From Flavobacteriales bacterium (GTDB lineage: Bacteria > Bacteroidota > Bacteroidia > Flavobacteriales_F > PHOS-HE28): a stretch of DNA of 64,000 bases. Shown here in pieces: positions 48,150 to 57,995 of this stretch. A program made the position numbers and the translations under genes. Each line of letters starts with the position of its first letter. The first letter of the stretch is position 1. The DNA is taken from NCBI GenBank assembly GCA_020635715.1, contig JACJZG010000012.1, positions 24,680-88,679 on the forward strand. The letters run 5' to 3'. The notes beneath the pieces were generated by a model. That model was not told the DNA's origin. It made no database searches and saw only the letters and a list, made by a program, of their open reading frames with translations.

Positions 48150-49628
48150 ATGTTCGCCGCCCTTCGCACCTTCCTCTTTGCAGCACTCCTGCCTGTTGCG
48201 CTCATGGCCCAGACAGGAGTTACCCGCGCACCATTGGAGGACGACCCCGTTGCCGCCCGGCTGGATGAGCTCGCTGCCCTTCCTTGGGTGAAAAACTCCC
48301 CACTGCACGCCGATACCGCCCGGTTGAACGTGCACGGCTTCCCTCCCGCATACATACCCGCCTGGTCAGAAGCGACCTATCAAAGCCGACTGCTGGCACT
48401 GGACGGTCACACACCGTTCAACCTCACCTACAATCCGGTCGTGCAGTCCTTCATAGACCTGTACGCCGTTCGGAAGCGCGAGATGACCGCCCGGATGCTG
48501 GGTCTGGCCGATCTGTACTTCCCGGTCTTCGAAGAAGCCCTGGACCGCCATGGCATGCCGCTCGAACTGAAGTACCTCGCGGTGGTGGAAAGTGCACTGA
48601 ACCCCTCCGCCCGCTCCCGCGCCGGCGCCGTGGGGTTGTGGCAGTTCATGCTGCCAACAGGCAAGATGTTCGGGCTGAAAGCGACGAGCTATGTGGACGA
48701 ACGTCACGATGTGTACCTGAGCACTGAGGCCGCCTGCCGCTACCTGAAGTACCTCCACGGCCTCTACGACAATTGGGAGATGGCGCTTGCTGCATACAAC
48801 TGCGGCCCCGGCAATGTGAACAAGGCCATCCGGCGAAGCGGTGGTGCCAAGGACTATTGGCGGATCTACGATCACCTTCCGCGCGAAACACGCGGCTATG
48901 TGCCAGCGTTCATCGCAGTGAACTACATCTTCGCCCACGCCGCGGACCACAACATCTACCCGGTGGTCCCGACCTATTGCGCGCACCAGGTGGACACCGT
49001 TCAAGTGTGCTATCCACTTGATCTGGCCGGCGTGGCTCGTCTCACGGGGAGCAATGCCCAGGAGCTCCTTGACCTGAACCCGACCTTCAAGCTCGGCACG
49101 GTCCCGGACGTTGACCAACCTGTCACCCTTTACCTTCCGAAACAGGCCGCCGGTGTTTTTGTCTCGAATGAGGACAGCTTGAAATACGCCTTCTTCGAGG
49201 CCCCACCTGCCACATCAGCAGCCGCGGCGGGAGATGAGCGGATCGCCAGCGGGACCCATACGACCACGGTACCCAGATACCACACCGTGCGGCGGGGTGA
49301 ATCGCTCGGCGTCATCGCGAGCAAGTATCGAACGAGCGTGACCGCACTGAAGCAGATGAACGGTCTGCGTGGAACCATGATCCACGCTGGACAGAAGCTG
49401 AAGGTCGGCACCCAGACGAAGACCGTTGCCGCCAAACCCGAGGAGCCTCCTCCTCAAAGGACCACCGGATACATCTACTACGAGGTCCAACCCGGCGACA
49501 CGTTGATCAACATCGCGGAGCGCTACCCCGGGGTCACTGTGGACGACTTGCGCCGCTTGAACAAGGAGATCGAGGAGGACGGCCTGCAGCCTGGTCGCAA
49601 GATCAAGGTCGGCATGCAGGAAGGCTGA
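48150..49628 (+). CDS. Lytic transglycosylase (SLT domain, MltD-like) with two C-terminal LysM domains
   Basis: Signal peptide MFAALRTFLFAALLPVALMAQ, catalytic region LAVVESALNPSARSRAGAVGLWQFM...AYNCGPGNV, and two LysM units (YHTVRRGESLGVIASKY...; YEVQPGDTLINIAERY...). Listed start 48012 is an upstream extension. Confidence 0.85.
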   Translation: MFAALRTFLFAALLPVALMAQTGVTRAPLEDDPVAARLDELAALPWVKNSPLHADTARLNVHGFPPAYIPAWSEATYQSRLLALDGHTPFNLTYNPVVQSFIDLYAVRKREMTARMLGLADLYFPVFEEALDRHGMPLELKYLAVVESALNPSARSRAGAVGLWQFMLPTGKMFGLKATSYVDERHDVYLSTEAACRYLKYLHGLYDNWEMALAAYNCGPGNVNKAIRRSGGAKDYWRIYDHLPRETRGYVPAFIAVNYIFAHAADHNIYPVVPTYCAHQVDTVQVCYPLDLAGVARLTGSNAQELLDLNPTFKLGTVPDVDQPVTLYLPKQAAGVFVSNEDSLKYAFFEAPPATSAAAAGDERIASGTHTTTVPRYHTVRRGESLGVIASKYRTSVTALKQMNGLRGTMIHAGQKLKVGTQTKTVAAKPEEPPPQRTTGYIYYEVQPGDTLINIAERYPGVTVDDLRRLNKEIEEDGLQPGRKIKVGMQEG

Positions 49629-49844
49629 CCAACATGCGACCGAGGAGGATGCGCCACGACATGCGCCATTCCTCCACATCACCCTCCTGTCGTCATTCGC
49701 TTGAGGCTCAACGTGCAGCACACGTTCAGTTCGTTCGAACCCAGCGCCTTTGCTGGCATTGTTGATATTTCTCGTTCCCGAGGAACTGCTCGGGCCTCTA
49801 ATTTGCGTCTGCTTGAACGACGGAACCATCGTCGATCAACGTCC

Positions 49845-50096
49845 ATGGAACTCGCGAACATCCGCTCTTTCACGCACAAACACTGCCGGTTCAAACTGCG
49901 TAACGGGAAGGAGGTGTTCGGCGTGATCTGGGAAGTGGAGACCCAGACCAGCGCCCCGTCCGAACAGGGCGGCCCCCGTCTCTTCTTCGCCAGTATTCGC
50001 GACTACGAGCGATTGCAGACCGGGCCGAACGGACCCGTGAACATCATCGACATGCGTCCCGAGGAGATCATCAACGTGGAGAGTCTCGCCAGCTGA
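49845..50096 (+). CDS. Small hypothetical protein (83 aa)
   Basis: MELANIRSFTHKHCRFKLRNGKEVFGVIWEVE... has reasonable composition. No family recognised. Confidence 0.35.
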   Translation: MELANIRSFTHKHCRFKLRNGKEVFGVIWEVETQTSAPSEQGGPRLFFASIRDYERLQTGPNGPVNIIDMRPEEIINVESLAS

Positions 50097-50111
50097 CGCA
50101 GGCTTTCCTTC

Positions 50112-52274
50112 CTACTTGTTGAGACCTGCGCACCAGAGCAGGAACGCGTAATTCCGCGCCACATCACGCAGCGCCTCAAAGCGCCCGCTGGCTCCGCCAT
50201 GCCCCGCTTCCATGTTCACGTGCAGGAGGATGGGGGCATCGCCCTGCTGATGCTCCCGAAGTCGAAGGACCCATTTGGCCGGTTCCCAATACTGCACCTG
50301 ACTGTCATGGAAGCCCGTGCCCACCAGCATTGCCGGATACTTCTGGTCGCGCACGTTGTCGTAGGGTGAATAGCTGAGCATCCGCGCATACGCCTCCTTC
50401 TCCTTGGGATCCCCCCACTCTTCGAACTCACCCGTGGTCAGCGGAATGCTCTCATCCAGCATGGTCGTCACCACGTCAACGAAAGGCACATCGGCGATCA
50501 CGCCGTTCCAACGATCCGGACGCATGTTGACCACGGCACCCATGAGCAGGCCACCAGCACTTCCTCCCCACGCATGCACCCGTCCGGGATCCGCGTACTT
50601 CTTCGCCACCAGGTGGTCCGCACATGCGATGAAGTCCGTGAAGGTGTTCATCTTGTCCTCCATCTTCCCACTCTCGTACCATTCCCGGCCAAGCTCCTCG
50701 CCACCGCGTATATGCGCAATGGCGTATACGAAGCCACGATCGAGCAGGGATAGACGCGAACTGCTGAACATGGGTTCCACACTGATACCGTAGCTCCCGT
50801 ATCCGTACAACAACAGAGGAGCGCTGCCATCCAGCCGGGTGCCCTTCCGGTACACCACTGATACCGGCACCTTTTCCCCGTCCCCGGCGGGGACCCAGAT
50901 GCGCTCGCTCGTGTAGTTCTTCGCGTCGAACGAGCCCACGACCTCCTGTTGTTTGAGCAGCCTGTCGGTCGCTGCGTTCAGGTCGTGTTCATACACGCTA
51001 TTGGGGGTGGTGAGCGAGGTGTAGCCGTAGCGTAGCCGGTCCGTGTCCCACTCCGGATTGGTGCCGGTATAACACACATAGGCCGCGTCGTTGAAGGCGA
51101 TCTCGTGTTCCCGGCCATCGCTCAGCCGCCTCACCACAAGGTGGGTCAGCCCCTCACGACGCTCCGAGAGAACGAGGTGATCCCGGAACGCATCCACATC
51201 CTCGAGCAGCACCTCTTCGCGATGCGCCACCACCTCCTTCCAATTGCGCTTGTCCGCGGTGGCACCCTCAGCACATTCCATCAGGCGGAAGTTGAGCGCC
51301 TCCCAGTTCGTTACGATGTACCATTTCCCGGGATCCCCAGGCACGTGGATCACGGTGTGTTCGTGGTCCTCTTCCCGGGGAAGGAAGGGTGTGAAGCTGC
51401 CGTTCGGCTCTTCCACCGGCAGGGTCAGGTGTTCGCTGCTGGTGGTGCTCTCGGTCGTGATGATCACGAAACGGTCGCTCCGGCTGCGGTACACCTCACA
51501 ACTGAAGGCGGGATCCTTTTCCTCGTATACCAGTACATCAGCGGTCTCCGGAGTGCCCATCTCATGGCGATAGATCCGGTAGGTGCGCAGTGTTTCATCC
51601 TTCCGCGGATAGAAGACCGTGCGCTCGTCCGCCCAGGCACATCCACCGCCTGTATTGGTGATCACGTCCGGAAGGTCCTTGCCCGTGTTCAGGTCGCGAA
51701 AGCGCAGCTCGTACTGCCGACGGCCCACACGGTCCTCGCTGAAGCACACGATATTGTTCCTGGGGCTGATCTCCAGATCACCAAGATCATAGTACGTGGT
51801 GCCTTTCGCCTGTTCGTTCTCATCCAGGAAATCCTGTTCCAGCGCACCCGGCTCATCCTTGCGCCTCACCTGTATCGCGTACTCCTTTCCCTCTTCGAAC
51901 CGGTGATGGTACCAGTAGCCGTTCTCGCGATAGGGCACGCTGAGGTCCGTCTCCTTGATCCGCGCCTTCAGCTCCTTGAAAAGCTCCTCGCGCAAGCCCC
52001 TCACCGGTGCCAGCACACTGTCGCAATAAGCGTTCTCCGCCTCCAGATGCGCGATCACCTCCTGCGTGCGGGCATCGGGTCGTTCGGCGGTGCGTTGCTC
52101 CTCGCTCAATCGCAACCAATGGTACTCATCGTTGCGGACGTGACCATGCGCACTGATCTCGAACGGTCGTTTGGCGGCTTGCGGGGGCGCAAGTAAAGCG
52201 GTCTTCATGGGTGTGGTCGCATGCTGGCATCCCGCCACCAGGAGGGTGACCAGAAGTGGAAGGGGGCGGATCAT
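50112..52274 (-). CDS. ptrB: Oligopeptidase B (S9A prolyl-oligopeptidase family)
   Basis: The C-terminal catalytic domain is near-identical in pattern to PtrB (HIRGGEELGREWYESGK...GGSAGGLLMG...VPFVDVVTTMLDESIPLTTGEFEEWGDP...SYSPYDNV). Lipoprotein-like start MIRPLPLLVTLLVAGC at 52274. Confidence 0.9.
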   Translation of the reverse strand: MIRPLPLLVTLLVAGCQHATTPMKTALLAPPQAAKRPFEISAHGHVRNDEYHWLRLSEEQRTAERPDARTQEVIAHLEAENAYCDSVLAPVRGLREELFKELKARIKETDLSVPYRENGYWYHHRFEEGKEYAIQVRRKDEPGALEQDFLDENEQAKGTTYYDLGDLEISPRNNIVCFSEDRVGRRQYELRFRDLNTGKDLPDVITNTGGGCAWADERTVFYPRKDETLRTYRIYRHEMGTPETADVLVYEEKDPAFSCEVYRSRSDRFVIITTESTTSSEHLTLPVEEPNGSFTPFLPREEDHEHTVIHVPGDPGKWYIVTNWEALNFRLMECAEGATADKRNWKEVVAHREEVLLEDVDAFRDHLVLSERREGLTHLVVRRLSDGREHEIAFNDAAYVCYTGTNPEWDTDRLRYGYTSLTTPNSVYEHDLNAATDRLLKQQEVVGSFDAKNYTSERIWVPAGDGEKVPVSVVYRKGTRLDGSAPLLLYGYGSYGISVEPMFSSSRLSLLDRGFVYAIAHIRGGEELGREWYESGKMEDKMNTFTDFIACADHLVAKKYADPGRVHAWGGSAGGLLMGAVVNMRPDRWNGVIADVPFVDVVTTMLDESIPLTTGEFEEWGDPKEKEAYARMLSYSPYDNVRDQKYPAMLVGTGFHDSQVQYWEPAKWVLRLREHQQGDAPILLHVNMEAGHGGASGRFEALRDVARNYAFLLWCAGLNK

Positions 52275-52308
52275 GGGCGCGAGCGGGCCGAAAATTAACA
52301 TGGCAGAC

Positions 52309-53019
52309 CTAGCCGAGGACCTCGTGCAGCACCGCCGGTGAACGAAGCTCTCCAAGACCCTCGATATGCAGGCGGAAATACAGGAGAAGATGATCCAACA
52401 GTTCGCGCCGTCTCCCTACCGGTATGTTCAGCGTACCCAGCTCCGCGAATCCGACAGGAAGGAGTTCGGCCATGTGATCGCTCAGGGGAGGCCCCATCAA
52501 GTGCCCGTGCCGCTGTCCTTCGCGCATGAACTCCCCCTCCCGTAGATCGAACCATCGCTCTTCGGCACCAGGGGTCGCAGGCAGGAAACCGAGCATCTCA
52601 CTATACCGGACGAGGAAGACCAACGGGAAATGCCTGACGTCCGGCGAGCCGTCCATCGCGTGCAAGGCATCTTCCACGAATCCGTAAAGCTCCGGATCAG
52701 GGGATTCGCCGCGCAAGGTGCGGTAGAGGACCTCTTGTGTGAACAACGCCAGCGTTCCGCGCACCGGATCGAACGGGACCCGCTCATAGGGTGCTGCCAC
52801 GCGCAGCTCGCGCACCGCCAGCAGCTCCCGTTCCGCTATCTCCTCCGCCACGATCTCCACCCGGCTCAACGGCTGAAGAGCGGCCATTGCGCCACCCTTC
52901 CTTCCAAGACGGACCAGGAATGAGCGAAGACCAAACGCCTCGGTCAAAGCCTTCAGGACAACGGTATGGTCCCCGTGCCGGATGGTCTTCAGCACGATCG
53001 CCCGCGTGGTGTGCAGCAT
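52309..53019 (-). CDS. recO: DNA repair protein RecO
   Basis: 236 aa with the N-terminal OB-fold pattern MLHTTRAIVLKTIRHGDHTVVLKALTEAFGLRSFLV. Confidence 0.85.
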   Translation of the reverse strand: MLHTTRAIVLKTIRHGDHTVVLKALTEAFGLRSFLVRLGRKGGAMAALQPLSRVEIVAEEIAERELLAVRELRVAAPYERVPFDPVRGTLALFTQEVLYRTLRGESPDPELYGFVEDALHAMDGSPDVRHFPLVFLVRYSEMLGFLPATPGAEERWFDLREGEFMREGQRHGHLMGPPLSDHMAELLPVGFAELGTLNIPVGRRRELLDHLLLYFRLHIEGLGELRSPAVLHEVLG

Positions 53020-53052
53020 GTCCGGGCCTGAACAGCGATCCGTGGAAGCGAC

Positions 53053-55398
53053 TTACTTCAGCAGCAGCAACTTGGTGTTGCACTTGAACGTGCCCGTGAT
53101 GTCGCTTGCGAACACCAGGTAGACCCCTGTTGCCGCCCGCCGACCGCTCATGTCATTCCCATCCCAGATGGCCTGACCGCCCAGGGACCGTGTGCGGTAC
53201 ACGATGTTCCCGCTCACATCGGTCACCTTCACCTCGCTGTCGCTTACGAGACCAGTGATGGCGATGGGACCGGTGTACGTCTCGTGAACAGGGTTCGGAA
53301 AGACCTTCGCGCAATCACTCTTGTCCCCACCCTCGATCGCATCGCTGCGGTAGCTCATCAGGCCACGGTCCGTAGCGATGAAGACCTCGCCCGTGGTACC
53401 ATCCACAGCGATGTTCAAGATGGTGTTGCTAGGCAATGGACTGTTCTCCACCGTGAAGTGATGGACCTCCTCCCGTCCGTCCGGTGATATCAGATAGACC
53501 CCGCTCGCCTGGGTACCGATCCACTTGCGGTCGGCGCCATCCACGGCGATGCTGTTGATGGCCTCCGTTTCCAGGAGCACCTGCACATTCCCATCCTGCT
53601 CGATGAGGATCTGCTGGGCATCCACCGGATCGCTAGAGAACACGGAGCCGGGATCATAGAACACACCAAGCCCTCGACTGGTCCCTGCCCAGATCCGACC
53701 TTCATGATCCTCCACGATCGTATATACGTCCGGCGCAGGAAGCCCGCCGGTCCCGGTCTGGTTGTTCAGCAGCTTGTACCGGTCATCATCCGTGCTTTCA
53801 ACCGATGCACCACTGTCGTACACCAGGATACCGTTCCCCCGCGGCCGCAGGATCCACTTGTAGCCGTTCTGATCAACGATCAGGTCCGCCAGTAGCAGGT
53901 TCGAGCCCAGGATGGTGCCTGGCGAGAACGCGTACCAATCGCCGCTCTTGCGTCGCACCACGATCGGCTTGGTGGACCAGGGGTTCGTGGCCCACAGGTC
54001 CCCGTCCTCGTCAAAGGCCAGCCCCCCCACGTACAGCCGTTCCTGATAAGGGTTCACGTCGTAGCCCAGCGCACTGTTGGTCGGATTGTAGATCTGCACC
54101 GGCCAACCGTCACGGAATTCCAGGATCCCTTCATCCCAGCTTCCGAAGAAGGCGTGGGCAGGATCATCCGGGTCAATGGTCACCGCCACGATGTCCGCTA
54201 TGCCGGAAACGAATTCATTCACCCCGTTCATGAACGTGGAGGTCGACTGATCCACGGTATGCCACTCATCGTTCATGTACACATGCACGCCTTCCCGATG
54301 ATATTCGTTGGCCCAGGTCCCGTTCAGTGCACCGCTCGCCACGTACAGATCTCCGCCCGCGCTGGCCATCCGCCAGACGGCCGAAGTGCGCGGACCGTTA
54401 GGCGCCACCCGCAGCGTACCACCCGTACCCATGCGCAGCAAGCCGAGACCCTGGTCCGCCACCCATAAGGTGCCACCTGCCGTGATGGCCACTTGCTGAG
54501 GCCGGATGACCTGTCCCTCGAAGTCGCTGTAGTACCGCGCCTCGGCGAGGACTTGATCGTAGACATGGATGTTGAAGTCGTGCGGGATCGCCACGAATTG
54601 ACCATCCCCACTCACCGCGAAGCCCTTGTTCACGCGGCCAAAGAGCGGCTCGAACCGGGACCACAGCCCATCCGGACCAAGCACCAACAGGCTATCCCCA
54701 CCCGTTGTGCGCTTTGCGTTCACCAGCAACTTGTCACCGAACGATACGACCGCATTGAAGGGGCCGGAGGCGAGCGCTGGTCCCATGTCGGTCCGTTTCC
54801 TCCAATTCTCGAAGAAGGCCAGGTTCGGGCTGTTGCGTGCAGCAGCGAACAAGCCCCTGTCCGTTGCCGCGTAGATCGTATCCGCCGTCATGGCGATCCC
54901 GTTCACCAGCTCCTGCGATCCTCCGGGGCCAATGAACCAGGTATCCCTCACCTCACGCTGCAGCAGATCCACCACCACGATGCCGAAGCCGCAGCCCAGG
55001 TAGGCCGTGGACCCAACCATGTAGGCGCAATACACGCCCTTGTTCCCGACCAGTGAACTGCGCTTGATATCCCCGATGTTGTACGCCGCATCTCCCTTGA
55101 GCAGATCGAGGTTCCCGTTGGTATAGAACACCAGGGTACCTTGCACGGCTTCGTTCCAGGCCATGCCCTGGATACCCACATCGCTCAGCCGGTTGGTCTT
55201 GTTCTCCCGCTGGATCTCGCCGCTTTGCAGGTCGTAGCGGAAAGCCCCGTTGGCGCTGCCCGCATGGACCAGGCCGCCGCCCAGGGACACCACCGACACA
55301 TCGGAGTAGGAGAAATGGTCCCGCCATTCACCGATGGCGGACTGGCTGTGAGCGGCCATGGCCACAATGGCCAGGATCAGGGTGGTCGTCGTTCTCAT
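53053..55398 (-). CDS. Double beta-propeller protein with a type A T9SS sorting domain (PorZ-like)
   Basis: Signal peptide followed by GEWRDHFSYSDV. The body is a two-component-regulator-propeller-like repeat, and the C-terminal ~80 aa (KVFPNPVHETYTG...VKVTDVSGNIVY...GVYLVFASD...LLLLK) is Por_Secre_tail-like. Size (~780 aa) and architecture fit PorZ. Confidence 0.55.
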   Translation of the reverse strand: MRTTTTLILAIVAMAAHSQSAIGEWRDHFSYSDVSVVSLGGGLVHAGSANGAFRYDLQSGEIQRENKTNRLSDVGIQGMAWNEAVQGTLVFYTNGNLDLLKGDAAYNIGDIKRSSLVGNKGVYCAYMVGSTAYLGCGFGIVVVDLLQREVRDTWFIGPGGSQELVNGIAMTADTIYAATDRGLFAAARNSPNLAFFENWRKRTDMGPALASGPFNAVVSFGDKLLVNAKRTTGGDSLLVLGPDGLWSRFEPLFGRVNKGFAVSGDGQFVAIPHDFNIHVYDQVLAEARYYSDFEGQVIRPQQVAITAGGTLWVADQGLGLLRMGTGGTLRVAPNGPRTSAVWRMASAGGDLYVASGALNGTWANEYHREGVHVYMNDEWHTVDQSTSTFMNGVNEFVSGIADIVAVTIDPDDPAHAFFGSWDEGILEFRDGWPVQIYNPTNSALGYDVNPYQERLYVGGLAFDEDGDLWATNPWSTKPIVVRRKSGDWYAFSPGTILGSNLLLADLIVDQNGYKWILRPRGNGILVYDSGASVESTDDDRYKLLNNQTGTGGLPAPDVYTIVEDHEGRIWAGTSRGLGVFYDPGSVFSSDPVDAQQILIEQDGNVQVLLETEAINSIAVDGADRKWIGTQASGVYLISPDGREEVHHFTVENSPLPSNTILNIAVDGTTGEVFIATDRGLMSYRSDAIEGGDKSDCAKVFPNPVHETYTGPIAITGLVSDSEVKVTDVSGNIVYRTRSLGGQAIWDGNDMSGRRAATGVYLVFASDITGTFKCNTKLLLLK

Positions 55399-55486
55399 TC
55401 TAGCGGTCATGCACACAACGCAGTTGTCCGGCGATCCGTATCGCACAAGATAAGATGGTCCTTCATCCGCCTACCCCTTGAACAGC

Positions 55487-55509
55487 GAACGCCCCGGTCA
55501 GGGGCGTTC
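55487..55509 (-). terminator. Hairpin immediately 3' of tRNA-Cys (GAACGCCCC-GGTCA-GGGGCGTTC)
   Basis: 9-bp perfect GC-rich stem starting 5 nt beyond the tRNA 3' end. Confidence 0.55.
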
Positions 55510-55513
55510 GTAG

Positions 55514-55584
55514 AGGTCGCGTGCGGATTCGAACCGCAGTAGCAGCTTTTGCAGAGCTGTGCCTAGCCACTCGGCCACGCGACC
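55514..55584 (-). tRNA. tRNA-Cys (anticodon GCA), CCA not encoded
   Basis: Minus-strand sequence GGTCGCG-TG-GCCG-AGTGGCT-AGGC-A-CAGCT-CTGCAAA-AGCTG-CTAC-TGCGG-TTCGAAT-CCGCA-CGCGACC-T folds into a 7/4/5/5-bp cloverleaf with a GTTCGAAT T-loop. Confidence 0.85.
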
Positions 55585-55629
55585 AGAAGGGGCGGCGAAG
55601 ATAAGTGCTTCCACCCGCATGCAGGGCGA

Positions 55630-55989
55630 TCACCCTTCCACCGTGTACACCGCCTGTTCCACATCCCCTTGGATGGGTGGTCGTAGTTTCACCACCCGCA
55701 CCCACCAACGATGTTCCGGCCCCCAGGTCGACCTCAACCTGGCCAGGATGCGGGCCGTCACATGTTCGATCAACCGGCTGCGGGTGCTCATTTCCGCTCG
55801 AACGATGGCCGCCACGGCGCCGTAATCCACGGTGGCAGCCAGGTCATCCTTCCGCTCGGCCTCCCCGAAGTCACCCTCCACCCGCACATCCACCACGTAC
55901 TGCCCACCAATGGTCGACTCCTCCTCGAGGCAGCCGTGATAGGCGAAGACCTTGATCCCGATCACCTCGATCAAGCCCATGTCGCGCAA
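55630..55989 (-). CDS. folB: Dihydroneopterin aldolase
   Basis: About 117 aa with IKVFAYHGCLEEESTIGGQYVVDV...TVDYGAV, typical of FolB. Overlaps the gltX 3' end by 10-19 nt. Confidence 0.85.
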   Translation of the reverse strand: MRDMGLIEVIGIKVFAYHGCLEEESTIGGQYVVDVRVEGDFGEAERKDDLAATVDYGAVAAIVRAEMSTRSRLIEHVTARILARLRSTWGPEHRWWVRVVKLRPPIQGDVEQAVYTVEG

Positions 55990-57506
55990 TGCTCAAGTCC
56001 CGCACGCAAGCGTGCGACCACCTCCTCCTTACCCAGCAAGGCGCTTACGTCGAACATGCCCGGGCCCTGCATCCGACCGGCCACGAAGAGCCGATAGATG
56101 GGCATCACCTGTCCCACCTTCATACCCTTCTCCTGCAGGACGGCGGTGAAGGTGGGCTCCAGGTCCGTCACACCAAAGGACGAGAGCTTACCGAGCGCAT
56201 CCATATAAGCTTCAAGCACGGGCGCCACCTCCGGCTTCCAGCGCTTGCGAAGTTCCTCTTCCGCAGATGCATTGCCCTTGAACGGTGCACCGGCTACGAA
56301 GAGGTACTGCCCTTCCAGCATATCGTCCACGAAGGTGGCACGCTCCTTCAGCAGGGCCGCTGCCTGGGTGGCCTTTTCCAAGGACGTCGTTATCCCGCGC
56401 GCACCCAGCCGCTCCTTCAGCTGCCCACCGAGCTCAGCATCGGGACGGGCGCGCAGGTATTGTTGATTGAACCACTTGGTCTTCTCCGGATCGAACTTGG
56501 CTCCTCCCTTGTGCACGCGGCCGAGGTCGAAGAGCTCCGTCAATTCGTCCAGGCTCATGATCTCCTGATCCGTTCCCGGGTTCCAGCCCAACAAGGCGAG
56601 CATGTTGATGAAGGCCTCGGGGTAATATCCACGCTCACGATAGCCGCTACTCTTTTCTCCGCTCACCGGATCGGTCCAATCCAGCGCGAACACCGGGAAA
56701 CCCAGCCGGTCGCCATCACGCTTGCTCAATTTGCCGTTCCCATCGGGCTTCAGGATCAGCGGCAGGTGGGCGAAAGCGGGACGCTCCCAGCCGAAAGCCT
56801 CGTAGATGAGCACATGCAGAGGCGCGCTGGGAAGCCACTCTTCCCCGCGGATCACATGCGTGATGCGCATCAAGTGGTCATCAACGATGTTGGCCAGGTG
56901 GTAGGTGGGCATGCCATCGCTCTTGAACAACACCTTGTCATCGATGTTGGCGCTGTGGACCACCACCCATCCGCGAATGATGTCCTCGAACCGCACCTCG
57001 GCGTGGCGCGGCACCTTGAGGCGTACCACGTACTGATCGCCACGCGCAAGTCGGTCCTTCACCTCATCGGCGCTCAAGGTGAGGGAGTTCTTCATGTGCT
57101 CCCGGGTCACCGCGTTATAGGCCGGGGCGGCCACGCCGGCCGCCTGCAGCCGCGAGCGCATCGCCTCCAGCTCCTCCGGGGTATCGAAGGCATGATACGC
57201 CTTGTCCTTGGCGATCAGTTCGTCCGCGTAAGTCTTGTACAAGTGCTGCCGGTCGCTCTGGCGATAAGGACCGTCCGGACCACCCGCCCAGGGGCTTTCA
57301 TCCGGGACCAAACCGCACCAGGCCAGGCTCTCGCGGATGTAATCCTCCGCACCCGGCACGTAACGTGTCCGGTCCGTATCCTCGATCCGAAGGAGGAATT
57401 GCCCGCCATGCTTCCTGGCGAACAGGTAATTGTATAGCGCGGTACGCACTCCACCCATGTGCAGTGGACCGGTGGGACTGGGCGCGAATCGAACTCGAAC
57501 GGACAT
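55971..57506 (-). CDS. gltX: Glutamate--tRNA ligase
   Basis: Class I signatures PTGPLHMGGVRTALYNY (HIGH-type) and GKLSKRDG (KMSKS-type). 511 aa. Confidence 0.95.
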   Translation of the reverse strand: MSVRVRFAPSPTGPLHMGGVRTALYNYLFARKHGGQFLLRIEDTDRTRYVPGAEDYIRESLAWCGLVPDESPWAGGPDGPYRQSDRQHLYKTYADELIAKDKAYHAFDTPEELEAMRSRLQAAGVAAPAYNAVTREHMKNSLTLSADEVKDRLARGDQYVVRLKVPRHAEVRFEDIIRGWVVVHSANIDDKVLFKSDGMPTYHLANIVDDHLMRITHVIRGEEWLPSAPLHVLIYEAFGWERPAFAHLPLILKPDGNGKLSKRDGDRLGFPVFALDWTDPVSGEKSSGYRERGYYPEAFINMLALLGWNPGTDQEIMSLDELTELFDLGRVHKGGAKFDPEKTKWFNQQYLRARPDAELGGQLKERLGARGITTSLEKATQAAALLKERATFVDDMLEGQYLFVAGAPFKGNASAEEELRKRWKPEVAPVLEAYMDALGKLSSFGVTDLEPTFTAVLQEKGMKVGQVMPIYRLFVAGRMQGPGMFDVSALLGKEEVVARLRAGLEHCATWA

Positions 57507-57600
57507 GGGCTAGGGATGGGCACGGCACCCCATGGACGGCCCATGAGGAACGCCGGTTGAATGAGGCGCGAAGGTAACCGGAACGACCCGTCCCCCGGGA

Positions 57601-57933
57601 TCAGATCTGGACCCCCTTCACCAGCAAGCGCTGCCAGGAAGTGTTCTTGCGGAGATACGTCTTTACGTATGGACAGTACGGCACCATGCGCATGTTGTTC
57701 GACTCCACCCAGCCCAGGACTTTCTCGGTCAGGACGGCGGCCACCTCCGACGACTCCATGGCCGGCGGCACCTGCACATGGGTCAGGAAGATCCGATCGG
57801 GCGTGCGGTCATACTCCATGCGCACACGATGACCATCCACCACCATCACGAACTGGCGCGACTCCTCTTCGTCGATCAGCTGTAATTCGTTCAGGTCCGT
57901 TGCTTGGGGAGAGTTGCTTCTTGCCATGATCAA
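57601..57933 (-). CDS. Small GNAT-like N-acetyltransferase (YjdJ/Acetyltransf_CG type)
   Basis: About 108 aa with the C-terminal pattern IFLTHVQVPPAMESSEVAAVLTEKVLGWVESNNMRMVPYCPYVKTYL, which resembles the THTEV...G.G....L.......P.CP[FY] family. Confidence 0.6.
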   Translation of the reverse strand: MIMARSNSPQATDLNELQLIDEEESRQFVMVVDGHRVRMEYDRTPDRIFLTHVQVPPAMESSEVAAVLTEKVLGWVESNNMRMVPYCPYVKTYLRKNTSWQRLLVKGVQI

Positions 57934-57995
57934 GGCCGCGAATTTACGGCTTATGATGGATAACCCCGTCTACGGAGATCACCGGGACAACTCAT

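Noticed and set aside
47645-48355. 236-codon minus-strand ORF spanning the long gap and the transglycosylase 5' end
   Set aside because: It has Ser/Arg/Gly/Ala-rich non-protein-like composition and overlaps the well-supported signal peptide and SLT-domain gene on the plus strand.
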